From contig NC_043001.1 of assembly GCF_006345805.1 (NCBI RefSeq), forward strand, positions 38,378,001 to 38,442,000: a stretch of 64,000 nucleotides of DNA. Direction: 5' to 3'. The position numbers and the translations under genes were made by a program. Numbering within the stretch: the first letter of the stretch is position 1; every line of letters starts with the position of its first letter. Under the pieces are notes generated by a model. It was not told where the DNA came from. It saw only the letters and a list, made by a program, of their open reading frames with translations, and ran no database searches. This stretch comes from Octopus sinensis. Taxonomy: Eukaryota. Shown here piece by piece: positions 1-13,693 of this stretch.

Positions 1-71
1 ATTTTTACTTTTCAAAATTACAATTCCAGCGGGTCGAAACAAACCCGAGCAACGCCGGGCGATACTGCTAG
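1..71 (+). mobile_element. 3' end of a non-autonomous Helitron (element starts before the window)
   Basis: GC hairpin CCCGAGC-AAC-GCCGGG (44-59), then CTAG (68-71) followed by T. Identical to 2013-2083. Confidence 0.8.
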
Positions 72-108
72 TTATATATATATATTATTATATATCTATA
101 GTAGAAGA

Positions 109-549
<441 letters not shown>

Positions 550-635
550 AAAAAATATATTATATATATATTATATATAATGTATACATATTATATATAA
601 TGTATATATATTATATATAATATATATATTATATA

Positions 636-1182
636 TCTCTTATTATAAAAGGCAGATTTTATCTGCCTCCCTTTGTAAGTTATAGAAATCTACAATATAG
701 GATTTCTTCAATTACAATTTACCTAGCATTTTTAAGAGTAGAATGCATCGGGTCATGCCAGGTCCAGTTTTTAAAATTTAAACTCCAATTAAGCAAAATT
801 TACAGAAAACTCACATTCTGGTGTGTATGTCAAATGCTTTTCTTAGTCTGGTTTACAGCACACGCAAACGCACACACACAGTGTGCAACGAATAAAATGA
901 AAGTAAATAGCGACAGAGTGATTTGAGGAAGACTAAACTGAAAGTATTTAAACCACTACTCAAAAAATAAAAAAACACAGCAAACAGAAACAAATAAATA
1001 CATAACGATTTACTCCTCACACAATTTCTTCAATTAGAATTTACCTAAGATTTTTCAAAGTACTCCATTCGCTCATGCCATAATATATTTCTTTCAATTT
1101 CACCCCCAATTAAGACAAAATTCGAGAAAACTCAATATTTTAACATTTCACTCCGAAAGCATTGATGTACATGTGTGCGTGC

Positions 1183-1219
<37 letters not shown>

Positions 1220-2083
1220 ATGGGTTGTGCGACACAGAAAGTGTGGTGTGTAAGTGAAGTGCTTTTGTTAGTGTGTGTAAAGAGACAGACAGAGTGAAAG
1301 ACAGAAATAACTGAAGTTTTCACTATGATATCACGTGCGAAAAAATTCGAAGGGTTTTGAACAATTGAGATACAGATGTCACGCCTGTATTGAAACCATT
1401 GCTAAGCTGCCGTAATTGCTTAATTAAGACTTTGTTTAAATTGAAAGGGGCAAATATGTGACGAGGTTGAAAAAAAATACCCCAGAAAAAAAAATGTACT
1501 GCTGGTATTTATATAATTCACTACTATTTTGCTACAATGTCATGAAAAAGAAAAAAATTAGGTATGTAAATCGAATTCGCCACCCCCTTTTCCCCGTTCG
1601 CGTTTGTGTAAAAAAAATTATTATTTAAGTTTTAAAAATTATTTACTTTGTTCAAAAAATATTAATATTAATTAATTTTCAAGAATTATTTAATTTTATT
1701 CTGTAAAATAGTAATTAATTCATTTATCTGTAAATCCGCGAGGTTGTTACTCAGGCACCTACAATGGTAACCTTCAACTAACACTATCTCCTCCGAGACC
1801 CTGCGGCGCAAGTTGACCAAAATTGAGAGTATGGTAGAAGAAGGGTTGCTCTTCCTTCCGTAGAACATAAAATTCAAATCGGACCATGTTAACACCAAAA
1901 ATTATTTACATCAAAAAGATGCTTTTTTCTATGAAAATCCCTATTTTTTACGAGTTTTTCACTGCTGTGTCGCCACTTTTCGGTGTATTTCGACCAGAAA
2001 AATGTTCACAAAATTTTTACTTTTCAAAATTACAATTCCAGCGGGTCGAAACAAACCCGAGCAACGCCGGGCGATACTGCTAG
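636..2083 (+). mobile_element. Non-autonomous Helitron (~1.45 kb)
   Basis: A|TC 5' start (TCTCTTATTATAAAA) inside a (TA)n tract. 3' hairpin at 2056-2071 and CTAG|T at 2080-2084. No TSD. Confidence 0.7.
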
Positions 2084-2154
2084 TTATATATATATATTAT
2101 ATATAATATATATATTATATAATATATACATATATATATTATATAATGTATATA

Positions 2155-2523
2155 TCTCTCTATATATAAACGGAAGTTTGTCTGTGTGTGTTTCTGTGTG
2201 TCTGTTAGGTTGTACCCTCACCCTGACCACGGCTTTCAACTGATTCTGATGAAACTTGACACACACATAGCCCAATGTCATAATTCAAAACTAACGCAGC
2301 GAAAATTTTGAAAAGTTCCCCCAGTTCTGAAAAAAATCGATAAATTCGACATGGGGTCGAGAATCAGAAACACAAACAACAGACTGTCTAGGGGACGCAA
2401 CTCGACCTTTTTAACTAAAAAAATTTACCATCATTTTTTTTCCATTTTTTGGCTATAACTCTCTAAAAATGCTTTATAGTTATTTCCCTTACAAACCCGA
2501 GCAACGCCGGGCGATACTGCTAG
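2155..2523 (+). mobile_element. Short non-autonomous Helitron (369 bp)
   Basis: A|TCTCTCTATATATAAA start. Same 33-nt 3' end ACAAACCCGAGCAACGCCGGGCGATACTGCTAG|T as 636-2083. Confidence 0.75.
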
Positions 2524-2623
2524 TATTATATATAATTATATATATAAATATGTATATTATTTATATTATATATATAGATATATCATTTATATATATTATA
2601 TATTATTTATATATGCATAATAT

Positions 2624-3005
<382 letters not shown>

Positions 3006-3028
3006 ATATATATATATATATATTATAT

Positions 3029-3079
<51 letters not shown>

Positions 3080-3139
3080 ATATTTAATTGGAAAGTTAGG
3101 GGGAAATGCTGTTGATAATGCAACATGAGGAAAGAATAT

Positions 3140-5300
3140 ACTGAATGCATCCAAGCATTTTGAAGAGAATTATGCGAAATTGAAACGAATAAGAAGGAAA
3201 GGTAGTTCCATAGCTTGTAATAATTCTTTCGGTTGTTCAACTTGTATTTAAGGTTGCCTTTTTAAGGTTGGCCTAGCTAACTGCTCAAGGTTACTTGAAA
3301 CAAAGTAATTAATAGATCATTACCGCAGAAAAAAACCGACTACCAAATCATATAACAAACATTGTCGTTCCGCTTAGGTCGTCTCAAAAGACACATTCTG
3401 CTTTAAATTTAATTAATTTTATTGAAAGCATTTACTTGATAGTTGTAGTAAAAACTGTAAATCACCAGCTAGGATGGGCAGCGAAGGGGAAGAATTTCTC
3501 TGCGAGATTACTGCTCACAGAACAAATGTTGTGAAATGGAAGGAAAGAAACTTTGTAATATATTTTTGGTAAGGGACCAAAATGATTGGCAGCAGTTTGA
3601 AAGATGGGATGGTTTGATAACTGTGCAATGCACGAAGTTATCTTTTGCAATTCAGAAGGTAATCTTTCAAGAGTTGGTGTGCTCGGTATACGCTCAGTTT
3701 TTGTGAATGGGTGAATTTATCCAGGCGTCGAAAGCCTAGTCATTTACTACCTGTCTCTGATGTATCATGGGTGCGGTTTGTTAGTGATAGTTGGTATAAA
3801 ACTAGTGGAAATGCGGCCTGTCAGTTGAGATGAAGTGTCCATAGGAAAGAAGAAATGTCGAGTGGGAGGACAGAGTATATTTTATATGCGAAATATGTTT
3901 GCGCCTATAACAGCTATTCACTCAGGAGAAATATTTTAGTGTGCTCTGAAATAGTTATCAGCTGATCAGAGTCAATGTAGTTTCTAGCTTTGAAGAGAAG
4001 GCCTAGACTTTGATGTCATATTTTGATTAAGTAATATGTGTGGTCAACGCGAGAGATAAGAACTTATAGGGTCTAGAATTTGCAAAATTTGAGAAAGATT
4101 TAGCAAAGCTCATGGATACAGAGAAAGAGTAGAAAGTGAAATCAAACTCTGGAAGCACGTAAAAATAGTGAATAAAATGGGGATCAGATAGAACACACGC
4201 TGCGATTGAATGCTGTGGCTGAAAATGTCTAATCCAATAGATAAGCAATGGTTTGAGTAGACAGGTTGGAAAATTTCTTAAAGAATCCTCGTGTCAAGAG
4301 CAGGAATAACTGAAGACGTTGCAATCATACTGCTCCGTTCCTCAAAGGTGATAAACCTCATAAGTGAGATGTAGGATAGTGGGTCTTCTTCGTTGGGGCT
4401 CGTCAGAAAAATATTGCAAACCAGCGATGAAGAAAACAGACTCAGGCAATGATGTAGATGATTGCTATGAATCTTTGAGATATGTGAGAATTTTGTTGGC
4501 ACTGAATAGAATCAGATGCGAAGCTCTCGGCAAATATTGTGGCTATGTATGCAAATACATTGTTTGTAGAGCCCACTGGATTAAGGAGGGAAGGGTAAAT
4601 AAGTTCCTCCAGTTTGTATAGGGATGCTATTGGCAAGGAGAATAATAAAGAAAGAACTCCCTGCAATTTGGGATATGCATAAAGATATGTATTGCTTTCC
4701 AGATATTTATATTACAGAGGTAGATGAAAGTCTCGCGGTCGGTAATAAGAGGTAATTTCCTTCAGATCTTATTAGAAGTGGTCTTTGCCTGCATTGTTTC
4801 AGGATAGGCATAAGTAAATCTTGAAGATGTAAGCTGTAGGCTTTGGTAGTAGAACGGTTGTTGACGGTTGTTTCGAACAAGTTGAAAAGGAATTATCTTC
4901 GATGAGTAAAACATGAGGCGAATTTACCACCAAGTGTAGCAGGCATAGAGTTTCCAACGAAGCCGATTACTTAAAATATCAAAATTTTAAGAGGAAGAAG
5001 AGTGTTATGCAGTATTAATATGGAGTGAGATGTTTTGACTATCAGTGGAGTGATCACCCTATAGGTTCCTTTGGGAACAAAAATTCTAATGGCAAGATTA
5101 ATATGGTTTTAAGGTTAAGAGAGATATCAAGAGTGAAGACCCAATACATTAGTTAAAGACATAAGTAGGAGACGAGACCAAAAGTTAACGATCGTTAAAT
5201 GTGCTAGAATTTTCTATAGGGAAGAGTGTGAAAACACTGAGTAGTTGTATGCTTTAAAATCACGAAAGGCAGTGAGTACTGAAACAAAATAGATTCAGGC
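3140..5300 (-). mobile_element. Highly decayed CR1/L2-type LINE, RT and C-terminal region
   Basis: Frameshifted motifs in the expected order on the minus strand: FVGNS, ILKQC, IWKA..IP, YKLEELIYPSL, VLS/PILFTIF, LLFKARNY, KLWNYL. Confidence 0.55.
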
Positions 5301-6177
5301 GAAGAGATAATCGAACAGATAGTATTAACTTGCAATTTTAAAACCAGAATTTGGCGTGTGTTGTCACACGCCAAGATATTTCTCCTATTACTCCCAACCG
5401 GAAATCAGTCTACGGCTTTGGAAACTCGCCATGATCAAATGTTATTTTTTCCCATTACATCTTCTGTGACGTATTACAATCTATATAGCGAGCTACACGT
5501 CAATAAGTTTTCTGTAAAAAAGTGTAATTTTTTTTTAAATGTAAAAATATATTCCTGATAATAACACAGTTTAGTTTTAAGAGTAAAAATATATTACTGT
5601 TCCATTTGAGAATGAAATAAGCTTAACAGAATTCACTAGATTTCTAAGTTTTTATGGCGAAATGTATGTTTGCATCATTTGCGATTACTTGAAGGTCTAG
5701 TAGTTTCGACAGATACATTTGCATTTTTATATTTACTTTTAGTTTATTAATTTACGTTAACTGTTTCACTGGATTCCCACAAGAAATCACAAAAAAACCC
5801 CCCAAACAAACTATTATTACTGCCTTTGCCCTTAACTTTCACTCACTACTTTATTCAGAATTGTTTTTATAAGATTTTAATGATTTTTGGTTCATATTAT
5901 TGTAAACAACGTTCAGGAATACAAACAGATGAAACATGACAAACTTGAGTGTGGTGGCTTTTTTGCGTAAATCCCCATAGTATTGTGTCATGTAAAAGTG
6001 TGTTGTAGAGCGGTACAGTGTAGTACAGTGCTTCGTCGAATATTGTAAGTAAACTTACACTACAAATGAACCGGACGACATAGTATCTAAGGGAGACAAT
6101 TCAAGTAATTTTTAAAATACAATTCTAATAGCTAGTTGTAAAATTTCAAGAAGAGATCAGAGTAGTAACTATACTAT

Positions 6178-6394
6178 CAAGTAAGTCAATCGCCACATCA
6201 AAGTGACTGTTCCATGTTACTACTAGTTTAATCTCAAGCAGATCGTCCGCCAGCTGGTTATCGGTTTGACGATGCACCCTATCGTATATAAAGGAGGCAG
6301 CGTCGCACCATAACCAGCTGGCAGACGATCCGCCTGGGATTAAACTAGTAATAGCATGGAACAGTCATTTTGATGTTGCGATTGACTTTACTTG
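6178..6394. repeat. Fold-back (MITE-like) element, 217 bp
   Basis: CAAGTAAGTCAATCG...CCAGCTGGTTAT is the reverse complement of ATAACCAGCTGG...CGATTGACTTTACTTG (~85 bp, ~9 differences). Pairing continues imperfectly to an ~11-nt loop. Confidence 0.85.
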
Positions 6395-6550
6395 TTAATT
6401 CTAAGAATAGTTTTAAAATATGCATACAAGTAATTCTATCAAATCGCTTCGGGATATTTCCCAACGGAAAGCGTAAAATACAATGATCAAAGCCAGAGCA
6501 ATATGAAGGGAAAGTGAAAATTCTATTACTACAATGAAAAAAATTTGTTC

Positions 6551-6634
<84 letters not shown>

Positions 6635-6732
6635 GTCTATCTGTCTGTCTGTCTGTCTGCCTGCCTGTCTGCCTGCCTGCCTGCCTGCCTGTCTGTCTGT
6701 CTGCCTGCCTGCCTGCCTGCCTGCCTGTCTGC

Positions 6733-6804
<72 letters not shown>

Positions 6805-6805
6805 A
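6551..6805. repeat. Compound tetranucleotide microsatellite TATC/TGTC/TGCC
   Basis: Directly visible. Explains the YLSI/LPAC ORFs. Confidence 0.95.
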
Positions 6806-6873
6806 CATACATACATATATACATGTTTCTTTCACTCTCCAAATCTCTTGCTATTTCTCTCATTATATCTCTC

Positions 6874-6909
<36 letters not shown>

Positions 6910-7788
6910 GCGCGCGCACACACATCTGAATTAACTCATTTTTTATGGTACAGATTAAAAAAAAATTATATACTAACGAAAGCACTCAATATCTCAATAG
7001 TGTTGAATCCTATAGCAAGATGGCAAAATTAAAAATTCTTGGTGATTTAAAATTATACTTTTAATATAATATATTTTTACTTTAAATAAAAAGAGACTTT
7101 GTAAGAATTAGAAAGTTATTAATTTTACATCTATTTTTATTTTCAGAAAAATAGATGTTATATTTAGTGCTTTGTTAATGCATAACTATTGAATTTTAGA
7201 TTGTCTTACTAAGCGAAGGCTAAATAAATATATCGTCTAACTAAAAACGTTTATTTTAAAAATATTTTATTACATATTCTGAAAACTCAGTATATACATT
7301 GTACAATAGTTACATTTACTTAGCTGATTTTTCCATGAATAGCGTTCCTAGTCAAGGTTCTGTTTTCATCATTATGATGTACCTTACCAGACGATTTGAA
7401 GGAGATTTGGCAAATATTTCTAACAGATCAAATAAAGAGATAAAAGCTCTTACATTTGTGAATAGGTGTGTATGTTAATATTGTGACATCATTTCAATCA
7501 TAGTTTTTCAACACAGAAAATTAAACGGAGGTAATGTATTTAATACTTTTTATCTTTGATTTTTCGTTCGAAAGTTTCAATGCCTTTCTATTAAAGCGTC
7601 ATAATATGCTGATTTCTCTGATAAATGCGCAGTCAGTTTTGCTTTCGTCTTCATATCTTCAATGCTTGTATAGTCATATGGACAGCCTTCTCTACAATCA
7701 TAGCATTGAAATATTTCACTGTATGTGTAATAGGTAAGCATCTGATTCTACACACACACGCGCGCGCTCATTAATATGCTCTTTCTTG

Positions 7789-8490
7789 CTAGAAATAAAA
7801 CACTTGAATGCTTGGCATGACTAACTGACGTAGAAAATTCGAATAAATGGGACCAGTTACAGTATCGTCAATTAATCCTTTTGAAGATAAGTTGCACCAT
7901 ACTTTAACTCCTGGTAAATTATCACGATATTCCTCTTTAATATATGGGTTCTTAGGTCTCCAGAAGGTGCAATTATGGCGGTTAATTGAGCCATTTAATT
8001 TAAATGTTATCTTATCACTTCGAACAATTTTTGTTGGAAAGTGTGCATCTACACATCTTGATAAGCATCTCTCGCAAAACACCTTTCCTCGATAATCTTT
8101 ATTAAAAGCTTGAACTATTCATGAACAGTAGCTTTTCCAATGACAGAACTTCAAAATGCGACGGAGGCTTGATTTTGAAATTCCTCTCTCACGACTCCTT
8201 TGTCGCACAGGTTTTCTTAAACTCTGGCAATACGTTTCTAGTCTTGTCTTGTGGGGCTCTTCGATGTCTGCGGTCTTCTGGAATGTTTCTTGTGGACATT
8301 GCAAACTGTTCCATCTGCTTCAAACTTAGCTCTAATTCGAATGATTGTATGTTGCGTCGGTGGATATGTTTGAAACTCACTCCTAAACTGACTTTGTACT
8401 CCGACTGCGCTTTCAAACTTCTAGTAGCTTTCGGATAAATTTCCTTTCTTCAAAGCTAAGTTTGTGGTGAAAATGATACTCTCCTTCCAA
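7789..8490 (-). mobile_element. Tc1/mariner-superfamily transposase pseudogene (DUF4817-type N-terminus, maT/Tc3-like), 3'-truncated
   Basis: SFEERKFI..FQTYPPT..IRAKFEADGTV, HTH RKPVRQRSRERGISKSSLRRILK, and catalytic region [33 protein letters not shown]. Contains stops and frameshifts. Confidence 0.8.
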
Positions 8491-8644
8491 TGTAACAAAG
8501 TAGTATGAACCAGCTACTATAAAGTCATTCAGTCATTATAACAAAGTCAGTAGCAATAGAGTCGTTGTACGAGTTCTCAATTGGAGTTAGTGTTAGTCAC
8601 GTGATATATACGGGTTCGAGTTACCATCAAGGTAGCTGTTTCAA

Positions 8645-10335
8645 AGTCATTGTCTTGCGGAGCTATCAGCAATAGCAGGATAGACGAGTCAAAGATAATA
8701 AGATGCGGAATACCGCCACAATATAACAGTGGCGACAAGAATATTACAGTGCCAACAATAACTTACAGGTGAACGAGGATCTCACATTATAACAGTGGCG
8801 CCGAGGATATAAACAATTCCTCGTTGAGAAATAATTTTTTTCACGAGAAAATAAACAATTCACGCGGCCGACGTTGAAAAATTTCTCACGCGGAGAAATG
8901 AAAAACTCGATAGAGGAGTAACAAACATTGTTGTTGTACATATTTTACAAAAAAATCTGTAAAACTGCGGAAACCTTGTTAGAGAATCTAGTTGCAAAAA
9001 CAATAACAAACACAACTCGAAGAACAACAAGAATAACAACAAATGCTACAACTATAGAAGTTGGTAACAAAACCGGAAAATACATTTTTGCCAGACCATG
9101 TAGTAAATTCAATAAATGAATTTAAACATGACCCGGCAGAAGGAGTCTCCTTCGAGGCGTATTACCGAAGATTTGAACAAATTTTCGAAAAAGAAGGCTT
9201 AGACGACGGACGAAATGAAACCGCGTTTAATTCTGAGGAAACTGTCCACGACAGAGCACGAAAATTACTGTAAGTTTATATTGCCTAAAAAAGTTTCAGA
9301 TAAAATTCACGGGCACAATTGACATTTTATGTAAGATGTTTAGCGAAAAAACATCGTTATTCAACAAACGTTGGAAGTGCTTGAATACGGAGAAAAGCGA
9401 TGACGAAGACTTTACCATGAACAGAGAGTGCGAGAGATTAAAACTGGATAAATTAGCTCCAGACTCATTCAAATGCCTAATTTTTGCTCAGGGACTTACT
9501 GCCAAAAAGGACGCAGAAGTCAGAACGAAAATTCTAGCAAAGCTGGAAATGAACCAGGATATAACTTTCCAGAAACTGACAGAGGGGTGCGATATGTTAT
9601 TAAAACTAAGGCACAATAAAGAAGAAATCCAACTCAGAGATTGTTTACAGATAAAACCAGTGCGAAAAATTCGGAAAACGAATAAAAGTGTTTCACAAGA
9701 AACACGATATATATCCGGGGATAAACCCATGTATGGTATGTGGTGGTAGGCACCTGAGAAAAGAGAGTCCGTTCAAAAATGCCAAGTGCTTTCGTTGTGG
9801 GAACACAGGATACATTAAATCGTACTGCAGAATTAAGATGACGAAAAATTGGACCAAACGAGAAAAAGTAAATAGTTTGTCATCAAAGAAAAAAGATTGT
9901 ACAACGAACACAAAATTCAAATAGGTGAGAATCAAAACCACTAGTGTCAAAATGCAATTAGACACGGGTAGTAACATCACTCATAAATGAAGAAACATAG
10001 CGATAAATCGGTTAGCCGAAATTATTTAAATAAAAAAAAGTAGCATATGGTGTTACAGGAAAGAAATTATATTTCATCGGCGAATGTATTTACAATGTAA
10101 CTTTTCGAGTTGAAACAAAAAGGACAAGCATTTATATGTTGAAAAAATCACTAAACCTATTTGGTGCAGAATGTATGAAGTTATTTAAGCTTTGGGATAC
10201 CCTCATTAATGTTCTCTGTGAAAATGTAGTCGGCACAGTCAAAAGTTAGAATGAAGTCGAACAACTGAGACAAAAAATTTAAAAATTGTTTCCATGTGTT
10301 TTTTTTTGGAAGGATTAGAGTGTGCGCGGACTTCT
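8645..10335 (+). mobile_element. Ty3/gypsy (Mag-like) LTR retrotransposon remnant: LTR end, PBS, gag, protease
   Basis: gag motifs EFKHDPAEGVSFEAYYRRFE and FKCLIFAQGL..DAEVRTKIL, zinc knuckles CMVCGGRH..CFRCGNTG, protease MQLDTGSNIT (~9951-9980), then NLFGAECMKLFKLWD. pol is absent. Confidence 0.85.
8721..8808 (+). promoter_or_regulatory. Tandem array of four LTR-end/primer-binding-site-like units (tRNA-Ser GCU type)
   Basis: Each unit is ACAG followed by TGGCGACAAGAAT (8730), TGCCAACAATAAC (8750), GTGAACGAGGAT (8769) or TGGCGCCGAGGAT (8796). Consensus TGGCGACGAGGAT is complementary to the tRNA-Ser(GCU) 3' end. Confidence 0.65.
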
Positions 10336-11511
10336 CAACTGGATTTGACGACTAGACTTTTCAACTGGATTAAATGACTGTTTAGTCGAACACATTTATC
10401 CCTTACCAAGCACAGAAGTATTCTCCAAACTAAATGGAAGAAAAACCAAAAGAGATAAGTAATATAAGCTTTAGGGGTAGAAATTAAAATTGAAGAATGC
10501 AGGAGGCAGTAACTTATAACTTAGTAAAATTTATAATATTACTTTGAGACAATTTATATAAATATATAGAATAAGGATAGAAAAGTTACTTATCTCTATT
10601 GGTTTTTCGTTATATTCTCCTTTATTTGACAATCTAAATAAGTATTGGCCACCCCTATCCTTCTTCCTTCCAGTGACCACTCCTTCCCCACAGTCATTCT
10701 CTTACCAGCAATTCTGCGACATACCCTTTTATGTAGGTAAAGCTAGGTATATGGTTCTAGTATATTGGGAATCGAGAAGATTGTCTGACTTTTGTCTGAC
10801 TTTAATTGATTTATCACCATTAACTAGAATAAAGTTGACGACTCCCTAGAATAAAGTTAACAATTTCCAAACGGTTAAAGACTACATGCTACATAAAATC
10901 TTTTAAGTATATCTACGTCATCACTTCTTTTATCTTGACCCACCCCCACCACTACTTCTTCTGCTACTCTCTAAATTATAGCAGGCTTAACAAGGTATGC
11001 ATTATTTTCTAAACTCATTCTGCCACAGATATTACAATAGGAAACAATGTAAATATTTTGGTTCCCGTTACTGATATATAAATTTCTTTAAAAAAATGGT
11101 TTATACTTTGTTTGATACCAAAGCGGTCATCTGAAGAGAGAGATTTCTTTCAAATTGATACAATGTTCTCATTAATTAATTAAACACATATAAATTATTA
11201 TATACATAATGTATATATGTATATATACATACATACATTCATATATACATGCATATATATCCATAAATTTATATATACATACATATATGTATATATATAT
11301 GTATATGTATATATATATGTATATGTATATATATGCATATGTATATATGTATATATATAATTTAGGTATGGTAGATGAGTTCAGCAAAAATTTAGATTCA
11401 GATGAATATGGTACTTAAGTTGAGGCACCAGAATTTAGTACGGTATTATCCATACAATTTCAAAATAAGGGGATTAAAATCAAAATAAGTAACAAGGATA
11501 TCCAGAGGTAA

Positions 11512-11598
11512 TGCAGTACGATCGTTTCATGCGACTCCATTTAATTGAACAATGCAATCATTACATCAATTTAAAATGTAGAGCAATCTTCAGCTGCA
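11512..11598 (-). ncRNA. Type I hammerhead ribozyme motif with palindromic stem III
   Basis: Minus strand: TGCAG-CTGAAGA-t-TGC...GCA-t-GAA-ACGATCGT-A^CTGCA. Stem I is 5 bp perfect; the stem II closing pair is non-canonical. Confidence 0.7.
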
Positions 11599-11997
11599 CA
11601 AAGACATAGGATTTAATTAAATTAAACAGATGGACAGATTAGTATAATTATACCTAAAATCTCCAAGAAGTTTAGAGATAGACAAAGAACATGTACTTAC
11701 AACAGCATAGCCGTAACTAAAATTTTCAAGAAGACACTGCTTGTCACTGATTTTTTGTTTTTTATGGGGTCATTTTTAATTTATAGACCAGTTTATCAAA
11801 TCCCTTGTATATTTAAAGCTGAGAGGAACAGAGGGCAGTATCTGTTTGGGGTAGAGTTGAGGGAATAGACAGACATTCTAGATGGTATAGCAATAAAAAT
11901 TTATTAGAAGCAATGTCATGAGGTTTAGTAAGGGAAAACTTAAAACAAGATGTTAGCAGATAATTAAGGGGTCACTTACTAGCAGACTATTAATATC

Positions 11998-12039
<42 letters not shown>

Positions 12040-12040
<1 letters not shown>

Positions 12041-12560
12041 CAAATTGAGATAGGGGTTGTGAGTGCAACCCACAATGGGATAACATATATCCAATATACA
12101 GCTAGTAAAGCACCCAACAAAGTTAATATATAAATGTTAAGAATTGCGATGCAATTAATTCATTTATTGTATTATATGGGCGAAGGTAAAATGTTTTACC
12201 ACAAATTCATAATACAAAATAAGAAAATAGAGAAATATACCTTAATCAATAATCAACTACCAGATAATACCCATTCACATGATTTATTAATCAACTACAT
12301 ATGAACATCAAGGTCAAACATAATAGTACAGAACAAAACAGTGCACATCAATGAGTAATATGATACAATAAGTACAATATGTATAAATAAATATAGATAA
12401 ATATAAATATAAATATAAATATAAACTATATCTTACAGCTGTTTCAGCCATGCAGATATGAGTATCTCATTATGCTCATATTAGCCAGGTGTGATAAGTT
12501 AATATGTGGTTATAAATGAGACACTTACAAATATATCCCAAGACCTCTTCAGAGATTATA
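12040..12560 (-). mobile_element. Penelope-like terminal-repeat (pLTR-like) fragment carrying a hammerhead
   Basis: 12045-12120 is related to the reverse complement of 56760-56830. Contains the hammerhead at 12430-12556. No ORF. Confidence 0.5.
12430..12556 (-). ncRNA. Type I hammerhead ribozyme motif with long stem II insert
   Basis: Minus strand: ATCT-CTGAAGA-GGTC...(~90 nt)...GGCT-GAA-ACAGCTGT-A^AGAT. Confidence 0.7.
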
Positions 12561-12594
12561 AAGTACAATCCAAATATGAATATCAGGGAAGGTA

Positions 12595-13693
12595 CCAATG
12601 CGAAACAAGTTTATTTATGCCAGTAGCGTAAAAATCCTGCTTTCTGGTGGCGATGAAGTCGTTGAAGGTGTGTTTGGCATCGTCTTGGTTTTTGAAGCAT
12701 TTCTCACGCAGGAAGTTTTCTAGATGCTTGAAAAAGTGGTAGTCGGTAGGCGAGAGGTCTGGTGAGTATGGCGGATAAAGCAGAGTTTCGTAGCCCAATT
12801 CGTTCAGCTTCTGCAGGGTCAGTTGTGCGACGTGCGGCCGAGCATTGTCATGGAGAAGAATTGGTCTTTTTCTATTGACCAATGCTGGCTGTTGTTGTCG
12901 GAGTTTCTTATGCATTTCATCCATTTGCTGACAGTACTTCTCCGCCGTAATGGCTTCGCCTGGGTCCAAAAAGCAGTGATATATGAGACCGGCCGCAGAC
13001 CACCAAATAGTCATCATGACCTTCTTTTGGTACAGCTTTGGCTTCGATAAGTGCCGTGGAGCTTCGTCGGCGTCCAACCACTGAGCTGAACGTCGCCGGT
13101 TGTAAAGAATCCACTTTTCATCGCAAGTCACAATCCGGTCGAGAAACGGGTCGTTCTTGTTGCGTAAAAGAAGGGAAGACGAGACTTCAAAACGGCGTTT
13201 ATTTTGGTTGTCGTTCAGTTCGTGCGGCACCCATTTCTCAAGTATTTTTGTTTTTCCAATCACTTTCAAGTGGCTGGAAATTATCGTATGCGTTACATCT
13301 AATTCAGAAGCAAGCTCTCGAACAGTTGTGCGTGGATTGGCTTCCACTAAGGCTCTTTGTTGATCGTTGTCAACATCCGTTTATCATCTTCAAGACTCTC
13401 ATCACCGCTACGAAATTTCTTGAACCACCATTGTGCTGTATGTTCATTAGTAGTTCCTGAGCCAAATGCATCGTTGATATCGCGAGCTGGAATAAGAAAA
13501 TTGTGCGAATTTGCTTTTTTGTCCAAGTTGTATTCAACATTCCGGATAAAATGGCCTACTTATTCAAAAACAAAAAGAGTAACATGGTTAGACAGAGCGA
13601 AAAAAGCCAAAGTAATTTAACGAAAATTAATTTGAAAATACATAATTTAAAACCAAAATTTAAAATTCCACAAGAACTTTCTTGACAACCTAA
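12595..13693 (-). mobile_element. mariner (DD34D) transposon, one TIR only, transposase decayed and 3'-truncated
   Basis: TA|TTAGGTTGTCAAGAAAGTTC TIR ending at 13693. ORF 12583-13347 has WVPHEL, TCDEKW, HDNARPH and YSPDLSPTDYHFF. It diverges after LVSHW. Confidence 0.9.

Noticed and set aside
7575-7720. Minus-strand frame EIFQCYDCREGCPYDY...IERH* and a possible micro-exon near 7390-7420
   Set aside because: Short, with no recognisable homology, and such splice-like signals are common in AT-rich DNA.
8721-8808. CRISPR-like reading of the short repeat array
   Set aside because: The context is eukaryotic, there are no unique spacers or cas genes, and the repeats match a retroelement PBS.
10560-10870. 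Possible solo LTR
   Set aside because: No TG...CA ends with a TSD could be identified, and there is no match to the gypsy LTR end at 8645-8728.
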